19,131 bases of DNA, from IMG/VR virus record IMGVR_UViG_3300005613_000033, positions 1 to 19,131 of that record. The stretch is one strand, 5' to 3'. A program made the position numbers and the translations under genes. The stretch is from a virus (Duplodnaviria > Heunggongvirae > Uroviricota > Caudoviricetes). Under the pieces are notes generated by a model that did not search any database, was not told the origin of the DNA, and was given only the letters and a program-made list of their open reading frames with translations. The stretch's first letter is position 1, and each line of letters starts with the position of its first letter. This document shows positions 4,632-12,904 of the stretch, in pieces.

Positions 4632-6004
4632 TTGACACCTTTACAAGATTTACAAGATTTATCACATCCATCGAAACAATAAGTACACAATTTCTCTTTT
4701 GGCAAACCAATTGCCGAAACCAAATCATCAAGCTTCTGATATTTTAGTGACGTAAATCCAAGTCGTTTTCGGATACCCTCGACCATATTATCATTACCAA
4801 CCTCTGCAATAGCTTTACGTGTGGCTAAATCCATTATTGACCTAGACCGGGAGAAATTCAGATATTTGCAGCCGTAAAGCAATGGTGGACACGCTACCCG
4901 CATATGAATTTCTTTAGCGTCGTAGTCATAGAGTCGTTGTACTATGTCTTTCAGTTGCGTACCACGAACAATCGAGTCATCACAGAACAATAATCGCTGG
5001 CCAGCAATTAGCTCGCGGATTGGAATCAGTTTCATTTTTGCTACAAGATCACGGACACGTTGATCTTGTGGCATGAAACTTCGAGGCCAGGTTGGGGTGT
5101 ATTTCACAAGCGGGCGTCTATAAGGGATATTTGCTGCGTTAGCATAACCAATGGCATGTCCGGCACCCGAGTCGGGGATACCAGCCACAAAATCAACCTC
5201 ACAATTATTATTCTGTGCTAAGGTGGCTCCGCAGCGATTGCGAACAACCTCGGCATTGATATTCTCATAATTCGAGGCCGGGTATCCATAATAAACCCAC
5301 AAGAAAGAACAAATCTGCATCTCTTCACCAGGTGGTACAAGAGTTTTTATTTCGTTAACGGTGATACGCATAATCTCACCGGGGCCGAGATAATGTTCTA
5401 TTTCATAATCAAGATTCGGTAATGCAGATGTTTCTAAGGTAGCACAATAAGCGCCCTCCTTGCGACCAACAACAATCGGAGTGCGACCTAGTTTGTCGCG
5501 GGCTGCATAGATACAATTATCCGTTAACAACAATAAAGAGCAAGAGCCTTCAATAAGTTGTTGAGCACGTTGAATCCCCGCTTCAAAAGTAACCTCGTCG
5601 TTAATTAGCATCGCAACTAATTCGGTTGGATTGACTACGTTTCCACTCATCTCAGAAAAATGAGCCGACCGATTAAGAGCTTGGTTGGCTAATTCATCGA
5701 GGTTATTAATTCGGCCCACAGTTACTAAAGCGTAAGTACCTAAATGTGAATTTATAATTAGTGGTTGATCTTCATAATCACTAATTATACCAATACCGAC
5801 TGATCCGTGTATCTTACTCAGATCAGACTCAAATTTGCTACGAAATTGCGAATTCGTTATATCTTTAATAAAGCGTGTAAAGCCTTGATCATTTTGAACA
5901 ACTATTCCGCCACGTACAGTTCCAAGATGTGAATGATAATCTGTACCATAAAATAAATCAGCGACACAATCATCTTTTGCAGCTACTCCAAAAAACCCAC
6001 TCAT
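4628..6004 (-). CDS. purF: Amidophosphoribosyltransferase (MSGFFG-type, no N-terminal Cys)
   Basis: N-terminal Ntn-type domain (HSHLG, GRINN), VAGIPDSG, PRPP loop DDSIVRGT, and Fe-S-type Cys residues in ICSF, ACPP and CTYC; 458 aa. Confidence 0.93.
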   Translation of the reverse strand: MSGFFGVAAKDDCVADLFYGTDYHSHLGTVRGGIVVQNDQGFTRFIKDITNSQFRSKFESDLSKIHGSVGIGIISDYEDQPLIINSHLGTYALVTVGRINNLDELANQALNRSAHFSEMSGNVVNPTELVAMLINDEVTFEAGIQRAQQLIEGSCSLLLLTDNCIYAARDKLGRTPIVVGRKEGAYCATLETSALPNLDYEIEHYLGPGEIMRITVNEIKTLVPPGEEMQICSFLWVYYGYPASNYENINAEVVRNRCGATLAQNNNCEVDFVAGIPDSGAGHAIGYANAANIPYRRPLVKYTPTWPRSFMPQDQRVRDLVAKMKLIPIRELIAGQRLLFCDDSIVRGTQLKDIVQRLYDYDAKEIHMRVACPPLLYGCKYLNFSRSRSIMDLATRKAIAEVGNDNMVEGIRKRLGFTSLKYQKLDDLVSAIGLPKEKLCTYCFDGCDKSCKSCKGVK

Positions 6005-6013
6005 TGGTTATTC

Positions 6014-6238
6014 TCACTTTATCTTAGACGCGGCTGTCTCGAATATTTGAAACTGGTTTTCGATCTTATCCTTTTCGTGACGACCGGTTTCTACTAGCAA
6101 CGCCCTAAATAACGCCCGGCCCACAACAGTCCATGGGATTGCAATTTCGGCCTGCCCGAAACAAATTTTCGCGTTAACTTCAGCACCTTTATCAAGTGCG
6201 TTGATCTTTGTCGTAATTGCACCAAGTATATCGCTCAT
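6014..6238 (-). CDS. Hypothetical protein (74 aa)
   Basis: ATGA coupling with the upstream gene; tight packing. Confidence 0.7.
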   Translation of the reverse strand: MSDILGAITTKINALDKGAEVNAKICFGQAEIAIPWTVVGRALFRALLVETGRHEKDKIENQFQIFETAASKIK

Positions 6239-6519
6239 TCTAACCTCTCTGTCGCAACTGATAACAGGTCATTCCAAGCTTGGTCGGAATACTCAACTGA
6301 TCTCATCCACGGACTAGTCACTACTACGGCCACCTCGATTCCGTTTTCATCTGTATCAAGTAAAATTGGCTCATTAGGTGGAATTTTCTCTGATACGTCA
6401 TACAATCCATTGATAATCTCACAAGCACGATCACTATTGTCACAAGTAAGCACTGTGCCTCGCCACATGGCAAGGTCTACTTGCTTCAACGGATTGTATC
6501 CTAATAGAATCTTACTCAT
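6235..6519 (-). CDS. Hypothetical protein (94 aa)
   Basis: RBS GAGGTGA before ATG 6519. Confidence 0.78.
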   Translation of the reverse strand: MSKILLGYNPLKQVDLAMWRGTVLTCDNSDRACEIINGLYDVSEKIPPNEPILLDTDENGIEVAVVVTSPWMRSVEYSDQAWNDLLSVATERLE

Positions 6520-6573
6520 TTATTCACCTCTAATTATTAGTATTACGTTTAATGATTTCGTAAAGTCTAACAT
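6520..6573 (-). CDS. Micro-ORF MLDFTKSLNVILIIRGE (17 aa)
   Basis: Exactly fills the gap between two genes; its TAA abuts the next ATG. The RBS is weak. Confidence 0.3.
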   Translation of the reverse strand: MLDFTKSLNVILIIRGE

Positions 6574-6872
6574 CGTACTTCTTTCGGTTCCATTATAGGT
6601 AAAATTCGTGACCACGCAACGATCTCATTGGCTGGGTCGAGACTGTATCGAGACTGAATCTCCATCATCACTTCGTAAAGCGAGTCTTGCAAGTTTATGA
6701 ATTTAGTCCAGTATACTAGAAAAGGATTGTTCCAGAGGCTATGGCCATCTAGTTCCTTAGCCACAGCGTCGGCCCGCATCTTAAATAGCAGAGCAAGCTC
6801 ATTATTTGAGAGCCCAGCTAACCGCCTTGTCTCTGGTCGATGGGGTGCTGGGTTAAGAAGTTTTTTAGGCAT
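6567..6872 (-). CDS. Hypothetical protein (101 aa)
   Basis: RBS GAGGA before ATG 6872. Confidence 0.75.
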   Translation of the reverse strand: MPKKLLNPAPHRPETRRLAGLSNNELALLFKMRADAVAKELDGHSLWNNPFLVYWTKFINLQDSLYEVMMEIQSRYSLDPANEIVAWSRILPIMEPKEVRC

Positions 6873-6881
6873 CGTTCATCC

Positions 6882-6968
6882 TCATTTACATAGTATCCAC
6901 ATCACGGTGAGAAACCAAATCCCACCTATAGTGATCATGAGCCAAGCATCTCTTCTATATTCGTCCAT
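6882..6968 (-). CDS. 28-aa single-TM peptide MDEYRRDAWLMITIGGIWFLTVMWILCK
   Basis: RBS AAGGAG before ATG 6968; one hydrophobic helix. Not in the track. Confidence 0.6.
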   Translation of the reverse strand: MDEYRRDAWLMITIGGIWFLTVMWILCK

Positions 6969-6979
6969 TAACTAACTCC

Positions 6980-7012
6980 TTACTTGATATCCAGGGTACC
7001 ATAAAGTTTCAT
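6980..7012 (-). CDS. Micro-ORF MKLYGTLDIK (10 aa)
   Basis: RBS GAGGT 8 nt before ATG 7012; the stop runs into the next RBS (TAAGGAG). Confidence 0.35.
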   Translation of the reverse strand: MKLYGTLDIK

Positions 7013-7030
7013 TGTCTCAATACCTCAAGT

Positions 7031-7279
7031 CTAATATACATAGTGGCTCCATTCTGTACCTCTGCGGCTGATACTTCGCCCTTTTGTTTCTCTGTGATAA
7101 TGGGATAAATTGGTTTGCTTTGTGGGTAGAAATAGACACTTTGCATTCAATTCTGAATGTGGCACTGAATCTTGTTGTCCCCGAGGTGTGTGTTTATTAG
7201 GGTCAGGGAGTAACTCGTGTACTGTTGTCTTCATTATACTCTCGTTGTTAGTTTGTTCTCTGGGTCTCTTTGTCATCAT
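7031..7279 (-). CDS. Hypothetical protein (82 aa)
   Basis: ATGA coupling to 7276..7920. Confidence 0.55.
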   Translation of the reverse strand: MMTKRPREQTNNESIMKTTVHELLPDPNKHTPRGQQDSVPHSELNAKCLFLPTKQTNLSHYHRETKGRSISRRGTEWSHYVY

Positions 7280-7920
7280 TGGTTCTTGAATATGATAATC
7301 CGATTAGGAACAATAACCCAGACCGCTGTGGAAACGGATAATCGTACCGTGGTTTCTTGTTGATAAATACGTCTTGATTCATCTATCTGCATGCGTAGAG
7401 CATACTGGCAGCCAATGGCTTCCTTATCCCATGCTAATGCCAATCCGGGTGGCAAGGTACCCACAGTAGAAGAAAGAACATTAGAAACAAAACCACCTAA
7501 GGGTGGGAACAATTCTTCTTCTGTCCCCTGGTACCATAGAAATCTTTGCGGCCCGGCATTGTGGTTATTGAGTATTCTTTTGGCATGTTCTAATTCGTTT
7601 TCTATATTATCCCATGTAAGATGTGGTAAAATTGGTGATCTGTTTATATTATACAAGTCTGCAACTAGCTTTTGTACTATTAGTTTTTCTACAGCGTTAG
7701 CTAATGTCCGTATTGCTGGCCTCATATACATAGCTGCCAAATTATTAGATGTACAACAATTAACATAGTGGTCATTAACTGCAAATGAGACCCATGGTTC
7801 CTCTAAGTTGTAGTCTCCATTTTGTTCATTGTATGTGAAACATTGCAACGTAGGTATCACGTTCAATTCGTCCAGGAACATTTCTGGTGCCATGGCTCGC
7901 CATTCTTCAACGTTAATCAT
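7276..7920 (-). CDS. Hypothetical protein resembling a shortened HK97-fold / P22-type coat protein (214 aa)
   Basis: RBS GGAGGT and ATGA coupling at 7917-7920. Segments WVSFAVND...YMRPAIRTLANAVEKLI, LALAWDKEAI and LRMQ...VRLSVSTAVWVIVPNRIIIF recall coat-protein spine-helix and P-domain motifs (by eye only). Confidence 0.5.
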   Translation of the reverse strand: MINVEEWRAMAPEMFLDELNVIPTLQCFTYNEQNGDYNLEEPWVSFAVNDHYVNCCTSNNLAAMYMRPAIRTLANAVEKLIVQKLVADLYNINRSPILPHLTWDNIENELEHAKRILNNHNAGPQRFLWYQGTEEELFPPLGGFVSNVLSSTVGTLPPGLALAWDKEAIGCQYALRMQIDESRRIYQQETTVRLSVSTAVWVIVPNRIIIFKNQ

Positions 7921-8084
7921 ACCCCTACCTCCTGGTAGTAAGCGTCTATCCAATCCTTAAAACCAAATTCTTGGGCTTGTTTGTCTGCCCATGGCTCAAT
8001 AATCAACCGATCCTCAACCCCTGCGGGCCAGGGGTCGGAACACATCAATAAATTCAAAATGGCTCGGAATTCTATTCGTGTCAT
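7917..8084 (-). CDS. Hypothetical protein (55 aa) MTRIEFRAILNLLMCSDPWPAGVEDRLIIEPWADKQAQEFGFKDWIDAYYQEVGV
   Basis: TAATG coupling upstream and ATGA coupling downstream. Not in the track. Confidence 0.8.
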   Translation of the reverse strand: MTRIEFRAILNLLMCSDPWPAGVEDRLIIEPWADKQAQEFGFKDWIDAYYQEVGV

Positions 8085-8365
8085 TACAATACCTTGTTCA
8101 AAAACCTATGTAATCTGCCTCTAAACTTCACTCGTTTGAAGACCCACTCGCGGCCGATCTTCCCGTTAAGTCCGATCCATAATCTAATCCGATGACGCCA
8201 TGTGTATCGAACAAACTCGAACCATTGCGATTTAATCTTGCATTCAAGGAACCAACCCCAACCCTCATATGGGACCAGCTTGGCATACTCGCGTGCTTCC
8301 CAAGGACTTTCCCATGGTACATGTTTCATCTTGGAGCCTTTACATTGTAAGTCGTTATGATTCAC
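8084..8365 (-). CDS. Trp-rich basic hypothetical protein (93 aa; the start may be the second Met)
   Basis: Coupled at both ends (ATGA and TAATG). Confidence 0.7.
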   Translation of the reverse strand: MNHNDLQCKGSKMKHVPWESPWEAREYAKLVPYEGWGWFLECKIKSQWFEFVRYTWRHRIRLWIGLNGKIGREWVFKRVKFRGRLHRFLNKVL

Positions 8366-8706
8366 CCTTGTTCTTCGTTATCTCCATGACGGTTATCTCG
8401 TTTCCTCATGTAAAGTTCAAATGTAAATTCATGTCCCAGACTACAAGTAAACGTGTACGACTGCATACTCATAAGACAGGGTTTATTTGGATAGAAGTTG
8501 ATGATTCGTATTCGCTCTTTGATCTGTTCAGAGAATTGCGACAAGGCGCTCGTTAGTACATTCATCTCGGATTGAACGAGCCAAACATCTACCTTGTCCA
8601 TAATGTCAAGTTGCATGAAGTTCTTACGGTGACGTTGTAGGATGTGCATAACCTCATTGGCTAAGCCTTCGAGATACAAATTGTATTGTTCTTGTAGCGG
8701 TATCAT
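8362..8706 (-). CDS. Hypothetical protein (114 aa)
   Basis: TAATG coupling to the RNA ligase gene. Confidence 0.75.
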   Translation of the reverse strand: MIPLQEQYNLYLEGLANEVMHILQRHRKNFMQLDIMDKVDVWLVQSEMNVLTSALSQFSEQIKERIRIINFYPNKPCLMSMQSYTFTCSLGHEFTFELYMRKRDNRHGDNEEQG

Positions 8707-9689
8707 TATGCTAACTTATTGGGTTTAATCTTTTGGAATCGCCAATGATGACTTGTTGTCGCATGCCCATCCCGAACGTACTTGCCAACTGAGTTTCTAA
8801 AGTTCGCATAGCTAAAGTCACTAGTTAAACGAACTACATAACCTTCCTGCCCCTCAATATCAAGGTTACGGATTAACTCTTCATCCCACACACCTCGATA
8901 CAAGACTGGAACGGGTTCCATGTCTAACAATTCCAGCCATTCTAACGTAGTGTCCCAAGATAAACATCGATGTTGATCCCAAATCGAGAAAGCCAGAAAG
9001 AAACACGGTAAATTAGTATAATGAATAGAGTGAGCCGCAAACAAGTTCTCACCGCATACTCGCCAACCTGTGGGGATTTGCCATCCCCTTGCGGCATGGT
9101 AATTCTTTAGCCAATTTCGACTAGGATGAGACTGTGAATCAATAGATCGGGCATGAAGATAACTCGTATAAAGAGACGTATTTTCACCGTCCATCTTTGT
9201 TGTGACGATGACTTCTCGATTCTCGAACATCGACACTGAGTCTAGGGTGCGATCATACTTTGTTCGGCCGGGACTCCAAGGCAGATGATACGTTCGAGGA
9301 TACTTGACATAGTCAGTAAAGTGACTCAAAACATCGGCCAGAATTTTTTGGACTGACGGATCATAGAACAACTCACCTCGCATCCGTTGTCCATTCAGTA
9401 GAATGATATTTCCCCACTTGTCATAGCAGCAGTCAGAATAAAAATGCGGCGGCAGCACAACTCTCGTGATATTGGCGACTTCTCGAAGCTCCCCAACTGA
9501 TAAAATAGTCTTTTCAGCCTCAATATGATGTTCCTTGCATAATGTAACCCCGTTATCAAGGTAGTAACCACCATCAGGCCACAATCGACGTTCAAGGATA
9601 TGATGCGCATCCTGTCCAAGGGCACCACAAACTACACACTTGTGACCGTCGCGTTCAAAGACTGCGGTTCGGAATTCATTGCGTGTCAT
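8706..9689 (-). CDS. HNH endonuclease-RNA ligase (Rnl2-like nucleotidyltransferase) fusion
   Basis: N-terminus RDGHKCVVCG...DAHHI...DNGVTLCKEHH (HNH). C-terminus KYPRTYHLPWSPG, motif I KMDGEN, GENL, EGYVVR and KYVR. Confidence 0.85.
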   Translation of the reverse strand: MTRNEFRTAVFERDGHKCVVCGALGQDAHHILERRLWPDGGYYLDNGVTLCKEHHIEAEKTILSVGELREVANITRVVLPPHFYSDCCYDKWGNIILLNGQRMRGELFYDPSVQKILADVLSHFTDYVKYPRTYHLPWSPGRTKYDRTLDSVSMFENREVIVTTKMDGENTSLYTSYLHARSIDSQSHPSRNWLKNYHAARGWQIPTGWRVCGENLFAAHSIHYTNLPCFFLAFSIWDQHRCLSWDTTLEWLELLDMEPVPVLYRGVWDEELIRNLDIEGQEGYVVRLTSDFSYANFRNSVGKYVRDGHATTSHHWRFQKIKPNKLA

Positions 9690-10476
9690 TGACTCGCCGC
9701 TTTAGATTACTATACAAAAGGTCAGGGTCATTCTCTGACAGTCCCGACATTTGGCCGTCATTTACTTCAATTAAAATCCAATCGCCCTCTTGAGTTTCCG
9801 CTATATCCAAGACAAAGAAATTTACGTAGTTTTTACAGATCCCGGCAATTTTGTAGGCCAGTTCAAAACCACTGGAAGTTATTTTAGCCTGTGCCATAGT
9901 GTCATCCATCGCACTCGACCAATAATACCCGTAGCTCAATAGCGACTGTTGGTAGAAAAAGAATCGCCATTCATTCGTGAAGGGTAAGTCATTCAAACCA
10001 ACTTCAAATGTTCTAAGGGGTATATATCGACGATAAATCAGCCCTTGCGGCCCGATGAATTCATTTTGGGCAAGTTTCACACCAATATGGGTCGCTTGCC
10101 TCTTGTTCTCAGCAAACATTAGTCTATTCCATTCAAACTTCCGAGAGTTAGTCCGCCCTTTAACGACGAACGCCCCTTCAGGAGCTTGTGGGAACATATA
10201 ATCATTCCAGGTCTCAGGCGTAAAATCTCGCAACTCGTCGTAGTATTCAAAATTGGCGATCCAACGATGCTGGTGCCAACTGTTGATAAGTTCCCCACCA
10301 TGCCATTGAATATCCCGTTCCAACTCTCGGTAGTATGGCAACGCTGAATACCGAGGTATGACAAGAGCATCCGGTGGACACGCTGCCCTATGATCTACAA
10401 CAGGGAAATATTGTTGGGCAACCTTAAACTCGGTTTCCGAGTCTAAGTCCTTACGAAATAAAATCGTTGGTTCCAT
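9676..10476 (-). CDS. ATP-grasp domain protein (DUF4343 / R2K-clade-like)
   Basis: Motifs FVVKG, EWRFFF, FFVLDIA and WILIEVNDGQMSG; RBS GGAG before ATG 10476. Confidence 0.75.
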   Translation of the reverse strand: MEPTILFRKDLDSETEFKVAQQYFPVVDHRAACPPDALVIPRYSALPYYRELERDIQWHGGELINSWHQHRWIANFEYYDELRDFTPETWNDYMFPQAPEGAFVVKGRTNSRKFEWNRLMFAENKRQATHIGVKLAQNEFIGPQGLIYRRYIPLRTFEVGLNDLPFTNEWRFFFYQQSLLSYGYYWSSAMDDTMAQAKITSSGFELAYKIAGICKNYVNFFVLDIAETQEGDWILIEVNDGQMSGLSENDPDLLYSNLKRRVNDTQ

Positions 10477-10478
10477 CA

Positions 10479-11006
10479 CTAATCTCCAAAGGCATTCTTA
10501 TTAACCCCGAACCATTGTCGCAACCAAATGGTGATGCGATGTAGCCATGGGTCGGATTGGTGTTCTCTTCGGTATCTACCTAACTCAACAATGATATCCG
10601 TTACCATCTGTTGTACATTAAACGTAAGATTGAGTGTATCAGTATTAACTACATCCACTTTCTCATAAATTTGGTCAAGGGCACGACGTGCGCAATCTTC
10701 AGCACCTTCGGTGACAAAATCTATGTATCGGTACGCAATCATCTGAATAAGAGCTTCACGCTCCTCTTCAGTGATGGCGTATTTCTGTTGAAATGTCTGT
10801 GCCATCTCGTTAGTCTCACAATTACGAAGCCACTGAGCAAGTGTTGTTAAACCCTGAGATCGTTTTTCGGCTGTAGCTGTAGGTTGGTGAAGCCGATCTG
10901 TAACGCCATTCCGCTGCCCATACCGCTCATGTCCAGCACGGCACCTCGATCTTTGGGCACTATCAGGGTCTTTGTAGTCAATTAGAGGGGGATAGGGTCC
11001 TGCCAA
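10479..11006 (-). CDS. Hypothetical protein (175 aa), TTG start
   Basis: RBS GAGGGG before TTG 11006; directly downstream of the promoter at 11052-11080. Confidence 0.75.
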   Translation of the reverse strand: MAGPYPPLIDYKDPDSAQRSRCRAGHERYGQRNGVTDRLHQPTATAEKRSQGLTTLAQWLRNCETNEMAQTFQQKYAITEEEREALIQMIAYRYIDFVTEGAEDCARRALDQIYEKVDVVNTDTLNLTFNVQQMVTDIIVELGRYRREHQSDPWLHRITIWLRQWFGVNKNAFGD

Positions 11007-11051
11007 ATCCCCCTCAAGAGTAACGTCGGATTAACCGAGCGTCATATTACA

Positions 11052-11080
11052 AGTATAGCACACTTTTTCAAAAAAGTCAA
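11052..11080 (-). promoter_or_regulatory. Sigma70-type promoter TTGACT-N17-TATACT
   Basis: -35 at 11080-11075, -10 at 11057-11052, exact 17-nt spacer. Confidence 0.85.
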
Positions 11081-11163
11081 ACGTGTTTTTCCTCATCCAG
11101 GATTTGTTTCGCAAGGGCTTTCTCTTCCTCAGATAGTTCTGGCTGGGGAGACTCTTTAGTCAT
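11077..11163 (-). CDS. 28-aa peptide MTKESPQPELSEEEKALAKQILDEEKHV
   Basis: ATGA coupling to the nucleotidase stop; its TGA lies inside the -35 box. Not in the track. Confidence 0.55.
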   Translation of the reverse strand: MTKESPQPELSEEEKALAKQILDEEKHV

Positions 11164-11741
11164 CCTCGGTACTTCCCAAGTTCATTGATAAGCCACAGCA
11201 TCGGCTCTACTTTGTGAAGCGTATTCCATGGTCGCGGTACCAGAATAGCCTGACCGCCCGCTCCTCGAAACGCATCAACATTGTAATCTCTGTCGTCGAT
11301 TAAAAGTGCATCGGGACGAGCACAAAAGTGTTTTCGTGGCCCAAAGAGATACTGACGGTGCATCCAACGCGGTAACTCTTTCTGTAGCCAATCTAACTTA
11401 CCCGCGAGGCAACTGCCATCCTGAGTCGGACTGGACAGGATGCAAACACCCTCTTCGCCGACCATCGCAGTACTTACGTCCAGAAGCCACTGATATTCCC
11501 GTGATTTTGGAATAGTCGCCCAGAAATTTCGATCAATCCGACCCCAGAACTCATCTTTTGTGAAGTTTCGATTAGGGTGGAGGTGGTTAGCCGCCTTTAC
11601 GATATCAAAACCCCATTCAGGATTGAACTTCTCGTAGTCGGTTGCACTTACCGGGCATCCAATGTACTTGAGTCCTGCCATGATGCAAGTATTCAGCACG
11701 TCGTCCATGTCCAAAAAGATTTGTTTAATCACTGCTATCAT
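11160..11741 (-). CDS. HAD-family 5'(3')-deoxyribonucleotidase-like protein (NT5C type)
   Basis: Motif I FLDMDDVL, ILSSP, GKLDWL, motif IV LLIDD. Confidence 0.82.
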   Translation of the reverse strand: MIAVIKQIFLDMDDVLNTCIMAGLKYIGCPVSATDYEKFNPEWGFDIVKAANHLHPNRNFTKDEFWGRIDRNFWATIPKSREYQWLLDVSTAMVGEEGVCILSSPTQDGSCLAGKLDWLQKELPRWMHRQYLFGPRKHFCARPDALLIDDRDYNVDAFRGAGGQAILVPRPWNTLHKVEPMLWLINELGKYRG

Positions 11742-12142
11742 CGCCCCTCCATCGCATCAATTCCCATTTGAGGATGCACATAACATTCCGAAAGTTTGGT
11801 TTGTGTCATATTCAAAGACTCAGCACCCATCGTGACAAGGTGTTCTTCAGGGTCCCATATACCATCGGAATTCAAGACCATCTTAAATACTAGTGTACCA
11901 GGAAAAATGAGCGCGCCCTCCGCAGATTGTGGAAATCTCGCTAACAACTTGTCAAAACGATGTTGCAGTGATTCAAGTTGATTAGTTACAAACTCTAATT
12001 GCGACTTTTGCAACATAATTCTAGTTGCCAAATCGTCACGCTGTGTCTGCAATACCTTAAAATCTTCATCGAGATCATACCAAGCATTACGAGCTTCACT
12101 CAAAGTGGCTTTTAAGTCTTCAAGTTGTTCTTTTTGACTCAT
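11738..12142 (-). CDS. Hypothetical protein with an N-terminal coiled coil (134 aa)
   Basis: Heptad-like LEDLKATLSEARNAW...LESLQHRFDKL; ATGA coupling to the next gene. Confidence 0.78.
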   Translation of the reverse strand: MSQKEQLEDLKATLSEARNAWYDLDEDFKVLQTQRDDLATRIMLQKSQLEFVTNQLESLQHRFDKLLARFPQSAEGALIFPGTLVFKMVLNSDGIWDPEEHLVTMGAESLNMTQTKLSECYVHPQMGIDAMEGR

Positions 12143-12461
12143 CGTCTACCTCAATAGATGCATCGGTAAGTTGACAATCTAAATTCAATAACTCGTCCCA
12201 CATGTTTATTTCGTACTGATGGGCCGCAATATGGCTTCGACAGTCTTCTTGAAAAGAGGCTTCGGCGGCCTCAAAAGTATGAAACAAATCTGAATCCAGT
12301 ACATCGTTAAGCTCTTCGTTTTTCGCCCGGACCGTATAAGTTACAGTACGACCTCGCTGGGCAGCGTGCCACGCAGTAACCCTAACTCGCGTAATCATTC
12401 CGGCTCCTACTAAATAGTAAGCAAGCTGTCCTAAAGCAAATCGTGTCTCAATCTTTGGCAT
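12120..12461 (-). CDS. Hypothetical protein (113 aa), SH3-like beta domain plus C-terminal helix
   Basis: RBS GGAG before ATG 12461; motifs FALGQLAYY and LFHTFEAA. Confidence 0.75.
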   Translation of the reverse strand: MPKIETRFALGQLAYYLVGAGMITRVRVTAWHAAQRGRTVTYTVRAKNEELNDVLDSDLFHTFEAAEASFQEDCRSHIAAHQYEINMWDELLNLDCQLTDASIEVDDESKRTT

Positions 12462-12552
12462 TTTGTTCTCCAATTAGTTGCAATTTTCCTGGGATTTCGG
12501 TTCCAATCCGAACCATAGGCCCTAACCTCGTTCAGGCCAAATCCCTCCCCAC

Positions 12553-12855
12553 TTACTCTGATTTTGGGCATTCAGGATACTGCCCACGCGAAGAAGCAAT
12601 AACTAAAATGTCATCATCACAGAAAACTTCTACTTTATAGAACTTACGGTTATCATGCTTGATTACTTCCTTTTCCAAAGCAATCATTGCAGGTTCCCAA
12701 TATAAAAAGTCAAACTCATCTTCATAATCTTCAGGTTGGAGTTGTAAGGCAATATAACTATATTCTTCTGTATCATCAGGTTCATGGAGTTCAACAAAAT
12801 TATTCTGTCGCCATCGCATCAACAACTTACGCCGTGCAGCATTAACATCAATCAT
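12553..12855 (-). CDS. Acidic hypothetical protein (100 aa, MIDVNAARRKLL...)
   Basis: RBS GAGG before ATG 12855. The longer track start overlaps the HNH gene. Confidence 0.75.
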   Translation of the reverse strand: MIDVNAARRKLLMRWRQNNFVELHEPDDTEEYSYIALQLQPEDYEDEFDFLYWEPAMIALEKEVIKHDNRKFYKVEVFCDDDILVIASSRGQYPECPKSE

Positions 12856-12904
12856 TTTCGTTTTCCTCTTCAAAATGTAACATACAATCTGTACAAGGAT
12901 GTTC

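Noticed and set aside
12431-12571. 46-aa - strand ORF MPKIRVSGEG... bridging two genes
   Set aside because: No RBS, and it overlaps both neighbours by 19-31 nt; support is insufficient.
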